Source: Candidatus Uhrbacteria bacterium (GTDB lineage: Bacteria > Patescibacteriota > Patescibacteriia > UBA9934). From it: DNA of 64,000 nt. A program made the position numbers and the translations under genes. This document shows, one piece after another, positions 18,540 through 28,239 of this stretch. The notes under the pieces were generated by a model. The model ran no database searches. It saw nothing but the letters and a program-made list of their open reading frames with translations, and was not told the origin of the DNA. The DNA lies in the NCBI GenBank assembly GCA_018664485.1, contig JABJOE010000005.1:15581-79580 (forward strand), read 5' to 3'. Each line of letters opens with the position of its first letter. Position 1 is the first letter of the stretch.

Positions 18540-18890
18540 TTAATCTGAGTATAGCACGGGTTATGTAAGATGACTTCTTTGTTATAAGTTAGGAATTGCG
18601 CAAAACCTGGCTAAGTGATGTTTATGATTTATTGACGTTATTACTGAGGGTTGTGGATTAATTTGATTGTATACCAAGAGTGTCATCCTATGTAGCATAA
18701 ACGGCTGATATTAGCGTAATTTCTGTATATTGTTTATGCGGACTATTCAGTATCGGTTTGACTGATCCAATCTGCTATGTATTTATTTACACACAGGGCT
18801 TTGCCGCATTTGATGGAAAATGCTAAGATTTCCTAGTAATTCTAAACAAAACGTTATTTTAAATAACGTTCTACCGTAACCATTTATTAT

Positions 18891-19181
18891 ATGGACGAGG
18901 CAAAACGACTTACAAAGTCTCAGTTGATGACTGCTATGTCAGAGACTTGGGGAGTATCAAAGAAGGAAGCTATTGAGCAGTACGACCAGTTGGTTGAATT
19001 GATCTACAGCGAAATCCGACGTGCTGGTGAGATCATGCTTCCTGGAATGGGAAAGATGGCTAAGAAGCACCGAAAGGCTCGTATGGGACGAAACCCAGCG
19101 ACTGGTGAGACTATCCAGATCAAGGCAAAGACAGTTTTGAAGTTTAGCGTGAATAAGGCTGCAAAGGACGCTCTTCTATAG
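18891..19181 (+). CDS. hup: HU family DNA-binding protein
   Basis: GRNPATGETIQIKAKTVLKF arm motif, 96 aa. Confidence 0.9.
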   Translation: MDEAKRLTKSQLMTAMSETWGVSKKEAIEQYDQLVELIYSEIRRAGEIMLPGMGKMAKKHRKARMGRNPATGETIQIKAKTVLKFSVNKAAKDALL

Positions 19182-19352
19182 GATTTAGCACGCAACGGAC
19201 AGCTACGTTGTTGTCGGTATCGCTATTTCGTCACCGTACAGAAGGTACGGCTTCTCAATAGCTCAGCCGCCGCCTAGTATCTGGCTCATTGTGAGTAAAG
19301 TCTCCACAATACGAGAAAAGTAGCAAAGACCTCCGGAAGGGGGTCTTTTGCG

Positions 19353-19381
19353 TTGACAAAAGGGTGTTTTTGTGGTAGTAT
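19353..19381 (+). promoter_or_regulatory. promoter TTGACAAAAG-N13-TAGTAT
   Basis: TTGACA 19353-19358, 17-nt spacer, TAGTAT 19376-19381; preceded by hairpin GACCTCC-GGAA-GGGGGTC + TTTT (19329-19349) that may terminate hup. Confidence 0.5.
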
Positions 19382-19428
19382 TTTCCGTCCGATCACTAGC
19401 GTCTTTGCTATATCGACAAAGGAGGCTC

Positions 19429-19881
19429 ATGCCTACTGACGACCTGAAGCCCGGTGGCTGTGACCCAGCCTCGCCTGAGATGCAGGCGGACACGGGGCCC
19501 GTTGTGCCCGTGAAGCTCACGGAGGATGGAGAGCTATCTCCCGTTATCTTCACCAACCACAGTCCTCGTGTGAAGTGCACTGGAGTAGAGCCTGACGGAG
19601 ACTGCGAGGTCATTGACGGCGAAGCCGCCAAGGATCACGAAGTCTGGGATCTGGTTGCTGATGGGACCTGGAGCCCGAATCCTGTCGACCCAAATATCTG
19701 GGATTCGGATGCTACCGACACACCCGGAGGCGAGCCTGCAGTTGAGCAGCTTCGCCGACATGTCGGTACTGAATTTCACCAGATCCCGGAAGTTCCCGCA
19801 GCACCGACGCTCTACGCAGTTACAGACATCGATCACAACGATCCAGACGACCTCATTCAAGAGACTCTTGATCGGCGCTGA
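19429..19881 (+). CDS. acidic hypothetical protein (GC-rich island; strong AAGGAGG RBS)
   Basis: Track ORF 19372 trimmed to Met 19429 preceded by AAAGGAGG; Asp/Pro-rich, no known domain. Confidence 0.5.
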   Translation: MPTDDLKPGGCDPASPEMQADTGPVVPVKLTEDGELSPVIFTNHSPRVKCTGVEPDGDCEVIDGEAAKDHEVWDLVADGTWSPNPVDPNIWDSDATDTPGGEPAVEQLRRHVGTEFHQIPEVPAAPTLYAVTDIDHNDPDDLIQETLDRR

Positions 19882-19989
19882 GCGACCCACCGACCACCCC
19901 GTCGTAGACCCTTGTGCGCATAGCGTATGAGGGTCTTCCGCATTTAGGCTATACCCGTCAGTATTGTTAGGTTTAGCCTCTGTGGTAAT

Positions 19990-21192
19990 ATGCGAACGAT
20001 GAAATTGATCAAAAACCTTTTTACCCTCTTTATCCTGGCGTGCTTAACGTTTGTCGCTTATCAGGCGTGGAGCGAGCGATCGGGAGCTAAGGCAATCGAA
20101 GTCGAATCTGTAGACGACCTGATCGGTGCTATACTCGACATTCGAGCAGAGCAAACGATTGAGGTCGGTGATATAGACTTTGGAGATGATACGCAGCTTA
20201 ATGTGCTGCTTTTAGGTTTGGATGAGCGAAAGGAGGAGACAGAACTTGAGGATGCGCATTGCGATGCGATTCACATGTTTACACTCGACATTAAATATTG
20301 GACGATAATGATCACATCGGTTCCACGTGGTACAGGTGTTTACATCCCTGGAGGTCCATATGCTGAGACGGATTACTATCTAGCAAATGCATGTGCGTTT
20401 GCAGGACTGGATTATGGAGTGGAGCAGATCGAGCAGATCATCGGTGTAAAAGCTGACTACGTCGCGACTGTTGGGTTCTCACAGACATACGGAATTCTAC
20501 GTTTGCTAAATCTTCCAACGAGCGAGAGCTTACAATGGTTACGTCATCGTCAGAGCTATCAGATTGGAGAGCCTCAGCGGGTCGCGAACCAGGCGACATT
20601 TATAAAAGATATTATTGTAAGTCACATTAGTACATTTGAGAGTGATATTACTTTGCCGCTGCAGTACGTATTGTATTCGTTCGTTGATACCGATATGTCG
20701 TTTGCGGTTGCTCACACGTTACTTGAGGGATTTATAAATTCATCAATTGATGAGCGGCCTGATGATATCCAGACTCAATTGCGACCATATTATCCGACTC
20801 AGGAGCTGCATTTTGATTTGGAGAATTATGACGAGCAACTAGCCTCTATCGTTGAATATCTTCGACCTTATTTATCTGATGAAGACTTGTCCGAAATTCC
20901 ACTTGAACAGATCCAAACATATCTAGTCGACTTTATATTCGAGCAGATTGAGCTAGAGGACGATCTGACGGACATTCTAGACAAACAGCTTTGGTTGCAG
21001 GTTGATAGTGATTCGCAACGGGAGGAAGTTCATTACTCGGTGATTGAGCAGTATGCACGCCAAGCGCTCAGTGATGGAGATCAAAATACGGCTGTGAAGA
21101 TTGTGACAGATTATATTTTAGAAAAAGAGCTGTTGGAAATTGGTGATTGGGAAGATAGAGGGCGTGAATTATTGTCGGAGGTTTTGAAATAG
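19990..21192 (+). CDS. LytR-CpsA-Psr (LCP) family protein with C-terminal acidic extension
   Basis: N-terminal TM, NVLLLGLDER...HCDAIHMFTLD...ITSVPRGTGVYIPG LCP core. Confidence 0.75.
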   Translation: MRTMKLIKNLFTLFILACLTFVAYQAWSERSGAKAIEVESVDDLIGAILDIRAEQTIEVGDIDFGDDTQLNVLLLGLDERKEETELEDAHCDAIHMFTLDIKYWTIMITSVPRGTGVYIPGGPYAETDYYLANACAFAGLDYGVEQIEQIIGVKADYVATVGFSQTYGILRLLNLPTSESLQWLRHRQSYQIGEPQRVANQATFIKDIIVSHISTFESDITLPLQYVLYSFVDTDMSFAVAHTLLEGFINSSIDERPDDIQTQLRPYYPTQELHFDLENYDEQLASIVEYLRPYLSDEDLSEIPLEQIQTYLVDFIFEQIELEDDLTDILDKQLWLQVDSDSQREEVHYSVIEQYARQALSDGDQNTAVKIVTDYILEKELLEIGDWEDRGRELLSEVLK

Positions 21193-21194
21193 CG

Positions 21195-21220
21195 ATACGC
21201 AACCGGGTTGCGTATTTTTG
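21195..21220 (+). terminator. terminator: 21-nt perfect palindrome ATACGCAACCGGGTTGCGTAT + T5
   Basis: identical palindrome recurs at 42645-42665. Confidence 0.7.
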
Positions 21221-21271
21221 TTGTGATCAGGCTATGTTTTGTAGTTTTTAGGCGTGGTATACTTCTGTCAT

Positions 21272-22135
21272 ATGAAAGTTTTAAAGGCAAATGGAAAGTG
21301 GGTTGAATTTGATGAGAGTAAAGCTCGCACAAGTATTTTGCGTACCGGTGTAGACGACGCAGAAGCTAGTTCTGTTTTAAAGGTTCTTAAGTCCCGCATG
21401 AAGAGTGGGATGTCGACCAAAGAGGTGTATGCCATTATTCATCAGGAATTAAAAAAGGTAAGCGTTTGTTTCTCTTGCCGCTACAGTCTTCGTGATGCAT
21501 TACAAAAATTGGGGCCAGCAGGATACAAGTTTGAAAAGTATGTTGCATCGATTTTGCGAGCTCATAAATACGACGCTTACGTTCCGGATCAGGATTTGGA
21601 AGGTTCCTGCGTTGATCATGAAGTGGATGTTATTGCAGAAAAAGATGGGAGAAAGATTTTTATTGAAGCAAAATTCCGTAACAACAATCGTAACTACGTG
21701 AATTTAAAAGACACGATGGCTACGTGGTCACGGTTCTTGGATCTCGTCGATGGGGCCGCTGTCGGTAAATGTGTGCACTTTGACGAGTGTTGGATCGTTA
21801 CAAATGCGCGTTTCTCAGATCGTGCTCGCACATTTGGAGTCTGCAAGGGTATCCACATGATAGGTTGGAGCTTTCCACCAGAAAGGTCATTTCAGAAAAT
21901 GGTTGATATTGTATCTCTGTACCCTGTAACCGTTCTAGATTCGATAACACAAAAAGAGCTCGAGGCTCTTTCTCATCAGAGACTGATGCTTTGTAAGGAG
22001 GTTGTAGAAGTTGATTCAGTGGACTTGGCACAAAGGTTAGACGTATCTAATAGTCGTGCCACGGAGTTGATAGGTCAATGTGTTACCGTCATTGAAGGCG
22101 GTAGTAAAAGTAAGAAAAAAAGAACCGGCCGTTAA
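21272..22135 (+). CDS. ATP-cone domain fused to PD-(D/E)xK (Mrr/restriction-endonuclease-like) nuclease domain
   Basis: N-terminal ATP-cone-like MKVLKANGKWVEFDESKARTSILRTG; central DHEVDVIAEK...IFIEAKFR D-(x)n-E-x-K motif. Confidence 0.55.
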   Translation: MKVLKANGKWVEFDESKARTSILRTGVDDAEASSVLKVLKSRMKSGMSTKEVYAIIHQELKKVSVCFSCRYSLRDALQKLGPAGYKFEKYVASILRAHKYDAYVPDQDLEGSCVDHEVDVIAEKDGRKIFIEAKFRNNNRNYVNLKDTMATWSRFLDLVDGAAVGKCVHFDECWIVTNARFSDRARTFGVCKGIHMIGWSFPPERSFQKMVDIVSLYPVTVLDSITQKELEALSHQRLMLCKEVVEVDSVDLAQRLDVSNSRATELIGQCVTVIEGGSKSKKKRTGR

Positions 22136-22149
22136 GGCCGATTTTTTTA
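22125..22149. terminator. bidirectional terminator CGGCC-GTTAA-GGCCG flanked by A7/T7
   Basis: sits between convergent 21272..22135 (+) and rpmB (-). Confidence 0.7.
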
Positions 22150-22374
22150 CTTCATTTCTCGTAGGTCGTATTTCTTTCCTTTGCTCAACCACTTTGCTAG
22201 CGTTCGTAGACCTCGAGTTGAGATTCGTACTCGCTCCATTTTACCGGTTGCGGGGTTAAGAAGATTACGCCATTGCAGATTTGGCATCTGGCGGCGTTTT
22301 GTTTTTGTTTTGGAATGGCTGACGTTATTACCCGTCAACGGCTTTTTTCCTGTAAATTTGCAGACCTTTGCCAT
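22147..22374 (-). CDS. rpmB: 50S ribosomal protein L28
   Basis: MAKVCKFTGKKPLTGNNVSHSKTKTKRRQMPNLQ... L28 signature; track ORF trimmed to MAKVC. Confidence 0.85.
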   Translation of the reverse strand: MAKVCKFTGKKPLTGNNVSHSKTKTKRRQMPNLQWRNLLNPATGKMERVRISTRGLRTLAKWLSKGKKYDLREMK

Positions 22375-22448
22375 ATGAAAATCACTAAATAACGGTGGAA
22401 GTGTAGTGAAAATCGCGAAAAATGTCAAGGTGATAGGGGGGTAACCCC

Positions 22449-23837
22449 TTAAATAACAAGGGGAAGTGGATGGATTGTATTGGGTCGTCCTAATAGAATA
22501 TCGGCAATTCTATAGGTTCCATGCGTAGGAGCCTCTACAAAACCATGCCAGGCCATTCGAGCGAGAGCACCGCTTTCTACCCAGTCAAACAGCCATTCAT
22601 TTGCAAAACGGGGGTCGAGCTGGTCAACGCCACCACCAATTTGCATTAGCCACTGTCTGTTGAAGTCTTCCTGAGATCCTACGGGTGGAGCCATGATAAT
22701 CGGAATCCCAAGGCCTGTGTAGAACGAAATTTCTGACGGTTTAGTCCAGATGATGTCTACTTCGCGTACTAGTTTTTCGAATGCTTTAAAATAAGCTTCT
22801 CGAGAAGGTTCAAGCATTATTTTTACCTGACCTTTCTTAAGCGCTGCGCCAAGTCCCATTTTCTGCAACTCATTTGTGAAGTAGTCGGCAACTTCCTGTC
22901 TGGAACCTGCAACTAGAGTTATAACTATTTTGTTTTGGCGTATTTCTTTTTTTAGACTTTTAACTGCAGCTATTCCAATTTCTCGTTGAGCGCCTGCACC
23001 ACCAACCATAAAAGCGAGTGAGATCGCGCGGGACCTTTTCTTTTTAACTATTGAGCAATAGCTTTTACCAAGATGTGACGAAAGCATTTTTTGTGAGTGA
23101 TCCATAAAGACGCCGTTTGGATCTAAGTGACATATGCGTCTTGCAAGATCTTTTTTGATCGTTGTTGAGTCAGGGCCGCCGATTGCGCTCATTGGGAGCG
23201 GGAATCCTGTAAGTTCTATTCGTTCTTCGGGAACACCGTATAGTTTTAGGCGTTCTTTTACGCGACCGCTTGGTGCGAGGTATTTAATGCGGCTACGCTT
23301 TGGATGCATTGGTGCCCATGTGCGGCTGATGTCTGAATCAGTTGCTAAAACATAAATATCTTCTGGGTAACCATATTCTTCAGCTGCAAAAGCTGGTGTC
23401 ATAAATGTACACAGAAGTGGCTTCGGATTTTTTGATAATTCAGAGACAAGATGACGCATGAAGTTGCGTTTGTGTATCAATGCGTAGAATTGCATGAGTT
23501 GTAGACTTGGTCGTGATAGGTCACGGCGAGGATAGAATGAAGGAATCCGTTGCATCTCATCCATCACATGAAAAACTGCCTGGCCTATGACAGGAACTTT
23601 TTTGAATCTTGAAATTCGTTCGTAGATTTTACGACCACTTTCCCAAAGCTTTCGGTCGGATTCTGGAATGCCGTCGTAATCGTTTGCAATTACGATCTGT
23701 TTTTTTACTGAAAAATCGCGCATCGAAAAAGCAGGTCGCTCATGACCATATCCCATGTTTACAGCAACGATATATGCTAAATCAGAAAACTGTTTTTTTA
23801 GTTCTACTGACGATGATTTCGAAGAGCGTGATGTCAT
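22449..23837 (-). CDS. GT-B fold glycosyltransferase (MGDG-synthase/UgtP/MurG-like, family 28-like)
   Basis: N-terminal GYGHERPA motif reminiscent of MGDG synthase N-domain (NYGNGH), C-terminal GT28-like half; assignment by pattern only. Confidence 0.4.
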   Translation of the reverse strand: MTSRSSKSSSVELKKQFSDLAYIVAVNMGYGHERPAFSMRDFSVKKQIVIANDYDGIPESDRKLWESGRKIYERISRFKKVPVIGQAVFHVMDEMQRIPSFYPRRDLSRPSLQLMQFYALIHKRNFMRHLVSELSKNPKPLLCTFMTPAFAAEEYGYPEDIYVLATDSDISRTWAPMHPKRSRIKYLAPSGRVKERLKLYGVPEERIELTGFPLPMSAIGGPDSTTIKKDLARRICHLDPNGVFMDHSQKMLSSHLGKSYCSIVKKKRSRAISLAFMVGGAGAQREIGIAAVKSLKKEIRQNKIVITLVAGSRQEVADYFTNELQKMGLGAALKKGQVKIMLEPSREAYFKAFEKLVREVDIIWTKPSEISFYTGLGIPIIMAPPVGSQEDFNRQWLMQIGGGVDQLDPRFANEWLFDWVESGALARMAWHGFVEAPTHGTYRIADILLGRPNTIHPLPLVI

Positions 23838-23871
23838 ATCCCCCTGTTTAATAGCTGCATTATATCAGGTC

Positions 23872-23901
23872 TTGACAAAACGTGCATATATTGATTATAT
23901 G
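23872..23901 (+). promoter_or_regulatory. promoter TTGACAAAAC-N-TTATAT
   Basis: TTGACA 23872-23877, 17-nt spacer, TTATAT 23895-23900. Confidence 0.45.
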
Positions 23902-23986
23902 AGAGGCCGTTTAGTGGATTTTTGCAATGCTGCGGAGACCCATCTGAGCCATTAGGCTTAACGGATAGTTCCTTAAACTCCGTTCC

Positions 23987-25000
23987 ATGCGGAGAAAACA
24001 GTCCCGCGTGGACAGTGAGGTTGCTATGAGCTCAAGTGATGGCTCTGAATCTGGTGACAGAGGATCGTGGGTGCCGAAGAGCAAAGGACGCGGCCTGACG
24101 GTCGTTCAGGCAGTCGACGATGCTGGCGATGGGCAGAGCTTTGAACAGCTCAGTCAAGAGATGGGTGATGACGACGATAGTCAGCATCCCGATTCAGGAA
24201 GTGATCCTGCTTCCTGGGCGGATTACGAGCCCAAGTCGCGGTGGAGCACGAAAGCCATCTTCTTCGCTGGCGCGATGTTCCCGATTTTGATCGCGTTGAT
24301 CTGTGCCACCGCCTACTTCGGGCACGGAGAGTACAAGGCCTGGGAGGCAAGGCAGCCGCCAGATCTCTTCGGCCTCAAAAGCCCCGATGCAATCGCCGGT
24401 GACAGCATCGGTTATTCTCAGGTCGTCACCTACGACAACCCTGATGGTAGCGTCGAGTGGACTGATGATCCTGCAGAGGCTCTCGTACCCACCGTGACGC
24501 GCGAAGTCATCGTGGTCCGTGGATCTGAGTTGGTCATCTGCAGTCAAGAGTTGGACGACAATCCCAGCGCTGACGACTGCAAGACCATCCACATGGGCTG
24601 GCATTGGCTCCATACCCTGAAGGATCAGGAAGCCTGGCCTGCGGTCAATCAGTCGGATCTCGCAATCTGCGACGCCGGCAAGTTGATCGGATGGTCAATG
24701 GGTGGTGCTACTGACGGTCTCGCGACAGTCATGACGATCGGTACGGACGGTGTAGCAACGACCGTGATCACTCAAGTGAAGGGTGGCGCATACTATTGTG
24801 TGATGCCGATCGCTGGGAATGACAAGTCTCATCGGTTGGTTGCCCGTTGGTACCCGCCACTTGAGGATCGTCCGACGCCCGAGAAGGTCGTTGGCAAGGA
24901 CGGATCTTCCGTCGATGCTCCTCTCGCATTCACAGAGCACGTGTACGCCGAGGAGTTCGTCCTCAAGATCTATCGTGGCGTGCAGAAGACTGACAAGTGA
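23987..25000 (+). CDS. hypothetical single-TM protein, acidic N-terminus (GC-rich island)
   Basis: TM AIFFAGAMFPILIALICATAYF; no known domain; GC much higher than flanks. Confidence 0.5.
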   Translation: MRRKQSRVDSEVAMSSSDGSESGDRGSWVPKSKGRGLTVVQAVDDAGDGQSFEQLSQEMGDDDDSQHPDSGSDPASWADYEPKSRWSTKAIFFAGAMFPILIALICATAYFGHGEYKAWEARQPPDLFGLKSPDAIAGDSIGYSQVVTYDNPDGSVEWTDDPAEALVPTVTREVIVVRGSELVICSQELDDNPSADDCKTIHMGWHWLHTLKDQEAWPAVNQSDLAICDAGKLIGWSMGGATDGLATVMTIGTDGVATTVITQVKGGAYYCVMPIAGNDKSHRLVARWYPPLEDRPTPEKVVGKDGSSVDAPLAFTEHVYAEEFVLKIYRGVQKTDK

Positions 25001-25179
25001 ACGTCTCCCGTGATAGGGGCCCAATGAGCATATGCTCCGGGTCCCTATCTGTGCGTTTGGATAGTTTTCAAGTAAATATTCGTACTTTTGTTGCTTGAGC
25101 ACAGGCTCAGACTGAACGCTTTACGATATAGACAGTGACATGAGTTCAAAAAAGAATGATGTGATAAGATGTCCTCGCT

Positions 25180-27285
25180 ATGCGAGATTTTGTTTTATCC
25201 CCACAGAGTTCATCCAAGTTAGAGATTGATTATGAGAACGATCTCAATGATCAGCAGTTGGATGTTGTAAAAAATGGAGAAGGAAGAACGCTGGTTTTAG
25301 CCGGTGCCGGTTCTGGAAAAACGCGAACGATTACGTATCGTGTGGCCTGGATGTTAGAGCATGGCGTTGCACCTGAGAATATTCTTCTTTTAACGTTTAC
25401 CAACAAAGCGGCAAAGGAAATGATTAGTCGTTTGAGTGGATTATTGGGTCCTCGAGCACAGGGTGTTTGGGCTGGCACATTTCACTCGGTAGCAAACCGA
25501 TTGTTGCGTCGTTATGCCGACAAGCTTGGCTACGATTCACGATTTTCAATATTGGACCAAGATGATGCTCGCGAACTAGTTCGTTTATGTATCAAAGATC
25601 TGAAGATCGATACAAAAAACCGACGCTTTCCGTCACCGTCTGTTGTGCGTGGAATTATTTCATATCAACAAAACAAACAGGATTCTATAGCTGATGTTTT
25701 AGAAGACAGATACAATAAATTTTCTCCATTGCGTGGTGAGATAGATTCTGTTGCGGATTTATACAGGACATTGAAGATGACTCAGAATGTAATGGATTTC
25801 GATGATCTTCTTTTGAATTTCCGAAAACTTTTATCACAGGATGAAGAAGTTGGTAAGCAGTTGTCGTCGATGTTCCAATATGTTCTTGTAGATGAGTTTC
25901 AAGATACAAATAAAGTTCAATCACAAATTGTCGACTTGATTAGCCAGACACATAAGAATTTATTAGTTGTTGGTGATGATGCTCAGAGTATTTATTCTTT
26001 CCGAGCCGCAGAGATTGAAAACATTCTCGCATTTCCAAAACGTTACCCTGGCGCTAAAACTTTTCGTCTTACAAAAAATTATCGGTCCACGCCAGAGATT
26101 TTGGAAGTTGCAAACCAGGTTATTGCAAGGAACACGAATCAGTTTAAAAAAGAATTAGAAGCAGTTGGGCGGTCTGGTGCGCGTCCGTCACTTGTGCCAG
26201 CTGCAAACACCGGGCAGGAAGCTCAATTTATTGCCGATCAAGTTCTCCAGTTACGTGATCAGGGTGTTGAGTTGCGGGAGATGGCTGTTTTATTCCGCGC
26301 ATCGTTTCATTCGCAAGCTTTGGAGTTTGAGTTGATGAAGCGTGACATTCCGTATGAGTATCGGGGTGGTTTGAAGTTTTTTGAACGTGCGCATATTAAA
26401 GATGCTGTTGCGCATTTGCGGTTGATGAATAATGTTCGCGACATCATGGCTTGGATGCGTGCATTGCGTTTGCATCCTGGTATCGGCTTGGTAACGGCGC
26501 AGAAGATTGCGACATCTGCATCTGCTTGTCAGAATATTGAAGATGTATTGATGTTGCCTTTAAAGACTGGGAAACGCGCTGCTGCTGGTTGGCAAGGTTT
26601 CTTGCGGGTATTGCGTGAAATGTTAGAAGCTGGTGGGACGCCGTCTGAATTTATCCGAGGATTTGCCGGTAGTGAAGATTATCAGGATTATCTAGAGAAT
26701 GAATATCCAAACGCTTCAGAACGTAAAGAAGACTTGGAACAATTTGCAACATTCGCTGAGCAGACGGATGACATTGGTGAGTTTTTGGATTACGTTTCGC
26801 TTACCGCAGAGTATGGTGCAGAGCGGGGTGGAAAAGAAAAGGTCAATGAAGAACGAATGGTTCTTTCAACCGTTCACCAGTCAAAGGGGTTGGAGTGGGA
26901 TGCGGTGTTCGTTATGCATTTAAATGAAGGGTCGTTCCCGCATGGCCGCGCATTTTCAGAGAAAGGTGGTGTGCAAGAAGAGCGTAGGCTGTTTTATGTT
27001 GCTGCAACGCGAGCGCGTAAACATTTGTTTTTGACGTATCCACTTACCGCCGGTTACGACACGCTCGAGATGAAGCAGCCGTCTACATTTTTGGGAGAGA
27101 TTTCAAGTCATGCAACGGAAGAAGTTCGACTTCAGCGGTCAGGTTATCGTAGGCAACCTATGCGCCGTCCGACATCTTCATTTAGCGCATACGATGATGG
27201 GCCGACTATTGTATTAGATAAAGATGGGGAACGTGTATCAAAACCGTCACCAAGTTCTTTTTTGCGCGGAGTTGACGAGTTGTAG
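25180..27285 (+). CDS. uvrD: UvrD/PcrA/Rep-family ATP-dependent DNA helicase
   Basis: LAGAGSGKTRTITYRVAWML Walker A, VDEFQDTN motif II, VVGDDAQSIYSFRAA, QSKGLEWD, YVAATRAR. Confidence 0.9.
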   Translation: MRDFVLSPQSSSKLEIDYENDLNDQQLDVVKNGEGRTLVLAGAGSGKTRTITYRVAWMLEHGVAPENILLLTFTNKAAKEMISRLSGLLGPRAQGVWAGTFHSVANRLLRRYADKLGYDSRFSILDQDDARELVRLCIKDLKIDTKNRRFPSPSVVRGIISYQQNKQDSIADVLEDRYNKFSPLRGEIDSVADLYRTLKMTQNVMDFDDLLLNFRKLLSQDEEVGKQLSSMFQYVLVDEFQDTNKVQSQIVDLISQTHKNLLVVGDDAQSIYSFRAAEIENILAFPKRYPGAKTFRLTKNYRSTPEILEVANQVIARNTNQFKKELEAVGRSGARPSLVPAANTGQEAQFIADQVLQLRDQGVELREMAVLFRASFHSQALEFELMKRDIPYEYRGGLKFFERAHIKDAVAHLRLMNNVRDIMAWMRALRLHPGIGLVTAQKIATSASACQNIEDVLMLPLKTGKRAAAGWQGFLRVLREMLEAGGTPSEFIRGFAGSEDYQDYLENEYPNASERKEDLEQFATFAEQTDDIGEFLDYVSLTAEYGAERGGKEKVNEERMVLSTVHQSKGLEWDAVFVMHLNEGSFPHGRAFSEKGGVQEERRLFYVAATRARKHLFLTYPLTAGYDTLEMKQPSTFLGEISSHATEEVRLQRSGYRRQPMRRPTSSFSAYDDGPTIVLDKDGERVSKPSPSSFLRGVDEL

Positions 27286-27400
27286 TGAGGTTTACTCTTT
27301 GGTTACAGGTTTTAAGTATTAGGTTTTAGTGCAAATACCCAGGTTCTAGTACCTGGCACTATAAAAAAGAAGCAGTCTGCATATTATACGATTACAATTA

Positions 27401-27434
27401 GTAAACATTTGTGGCGATCGCCACAAATGTTTAC
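27401..27434. promoter_or_regulatory. 34-bp perfect palindrome GTAAACATTTGTGGCGATCGCCACAAATGTTTAC (candidate operator) 40 bp upstream of 27476 gene
   Basis: exact reverse-complement symmetry around GATC; no T-run so not a terminator. Confidence 0.5.
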
Positions 27435-27475
27435 TAAGGATGCTATTAAAAGATTCGGGTAGATGATATAAATTT

Positions 27476-28057
27476 ATGAAATATATAAAAAACAGATCAA
27501 ATTTTTCAAAACCAAAACCATCAAAAAAACCGCGAGTGGTTTTATTTGTTGGAATTATTTTAGTAGTTGTAGTTTTTGTTTTTATTTTTTCCGGTGGTGA
27601 TGATGAAGTTGCGCAAGATTTAGTTGTACAAGATGAAAATGTCGCAGAAGAAGTTGAAGATGAGGTTGCGCGTGAAGTAGAAATTGTCGATGCTGCATTG
27701 TGGACGCAAGAAGTTGTACTCGTTGACGTTGAGGGAGCTTCCGGATCTGGTATTGCTCGTCGAGGTGTTTCGGGCGACTTGTTTACTCATGTTGTTGTCG
27801 CAACATTGCCCGCAATTGAAACAGAGTTTTATTTTTATGAAGGATGGTTGGTAAAACCTGGTGTAGTCGAATTCTTCTCAACTGGCGAGATGTTCGCGCG
27901 CGAAGATGGTAAGTGGGGATTGGTATGGGAGGTGAATGTTGACTCGGCTTCCGATGATTTATTTGACTACAGTAAAGTCGTTATAACTCGCGAGCCAAGA
28001 GACGATGACGAAGCGCCGTCACCAGATCATGTTATAGAGGGACAGTTTTCAGAATAG
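27476..28057 (+). CDS. membrane-anchored protein with anti-sigma-K (RskA) C-terminal-like domain
   Basis: N-terminal TM, C-terminal FYFYEGWLVKPG...VVITREP...APSPDHVIEG resembles RskA extracytoplasmic domain pattern. Confidence 0.45.
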   Translation: MKYIKNRSNFSKPKPSKKPRVVLFVGIILVVVVFVFIFSGGDDEVAQDLVVQDENVAEEVEDEVAREVEIVDAALWTQEVVLVDVEGASGSGIARRGVSGDLFTHVVVATLPAIETEFYFYEGWLVKPGVVEFFSTGEMFAREDGKWGLVWEVNVDSASDDLFDYSKVVITREPRDDDEAPSPDHVIEGQFSE

Positions 28058-28239
28058 TTAACCTGTAGAAAATTTCTGACTAGGCGGTAAGATAATTTAA
28101 ATCGTCAGAGACTTAGTAACTTAATGACTTAACGACTAAATCGGTGTTAGCCCTAGCTGTCAGTGGGAAGTTAAGGGCTAGTGGATCTCAGTATAAACGC
28201 CTTGACGTAGGGCGGGATAGCGTTACAATTATGCCTATT

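Noticed and set aside
28144-28239. The N-terminal extension of the ugd ORF (MLALAVSGKL...)
   Set aside because: The Rossmann motif starts at MNICVIGTGYVG, and a promoter-like TTGACG...TACAAT lies inside the extension.
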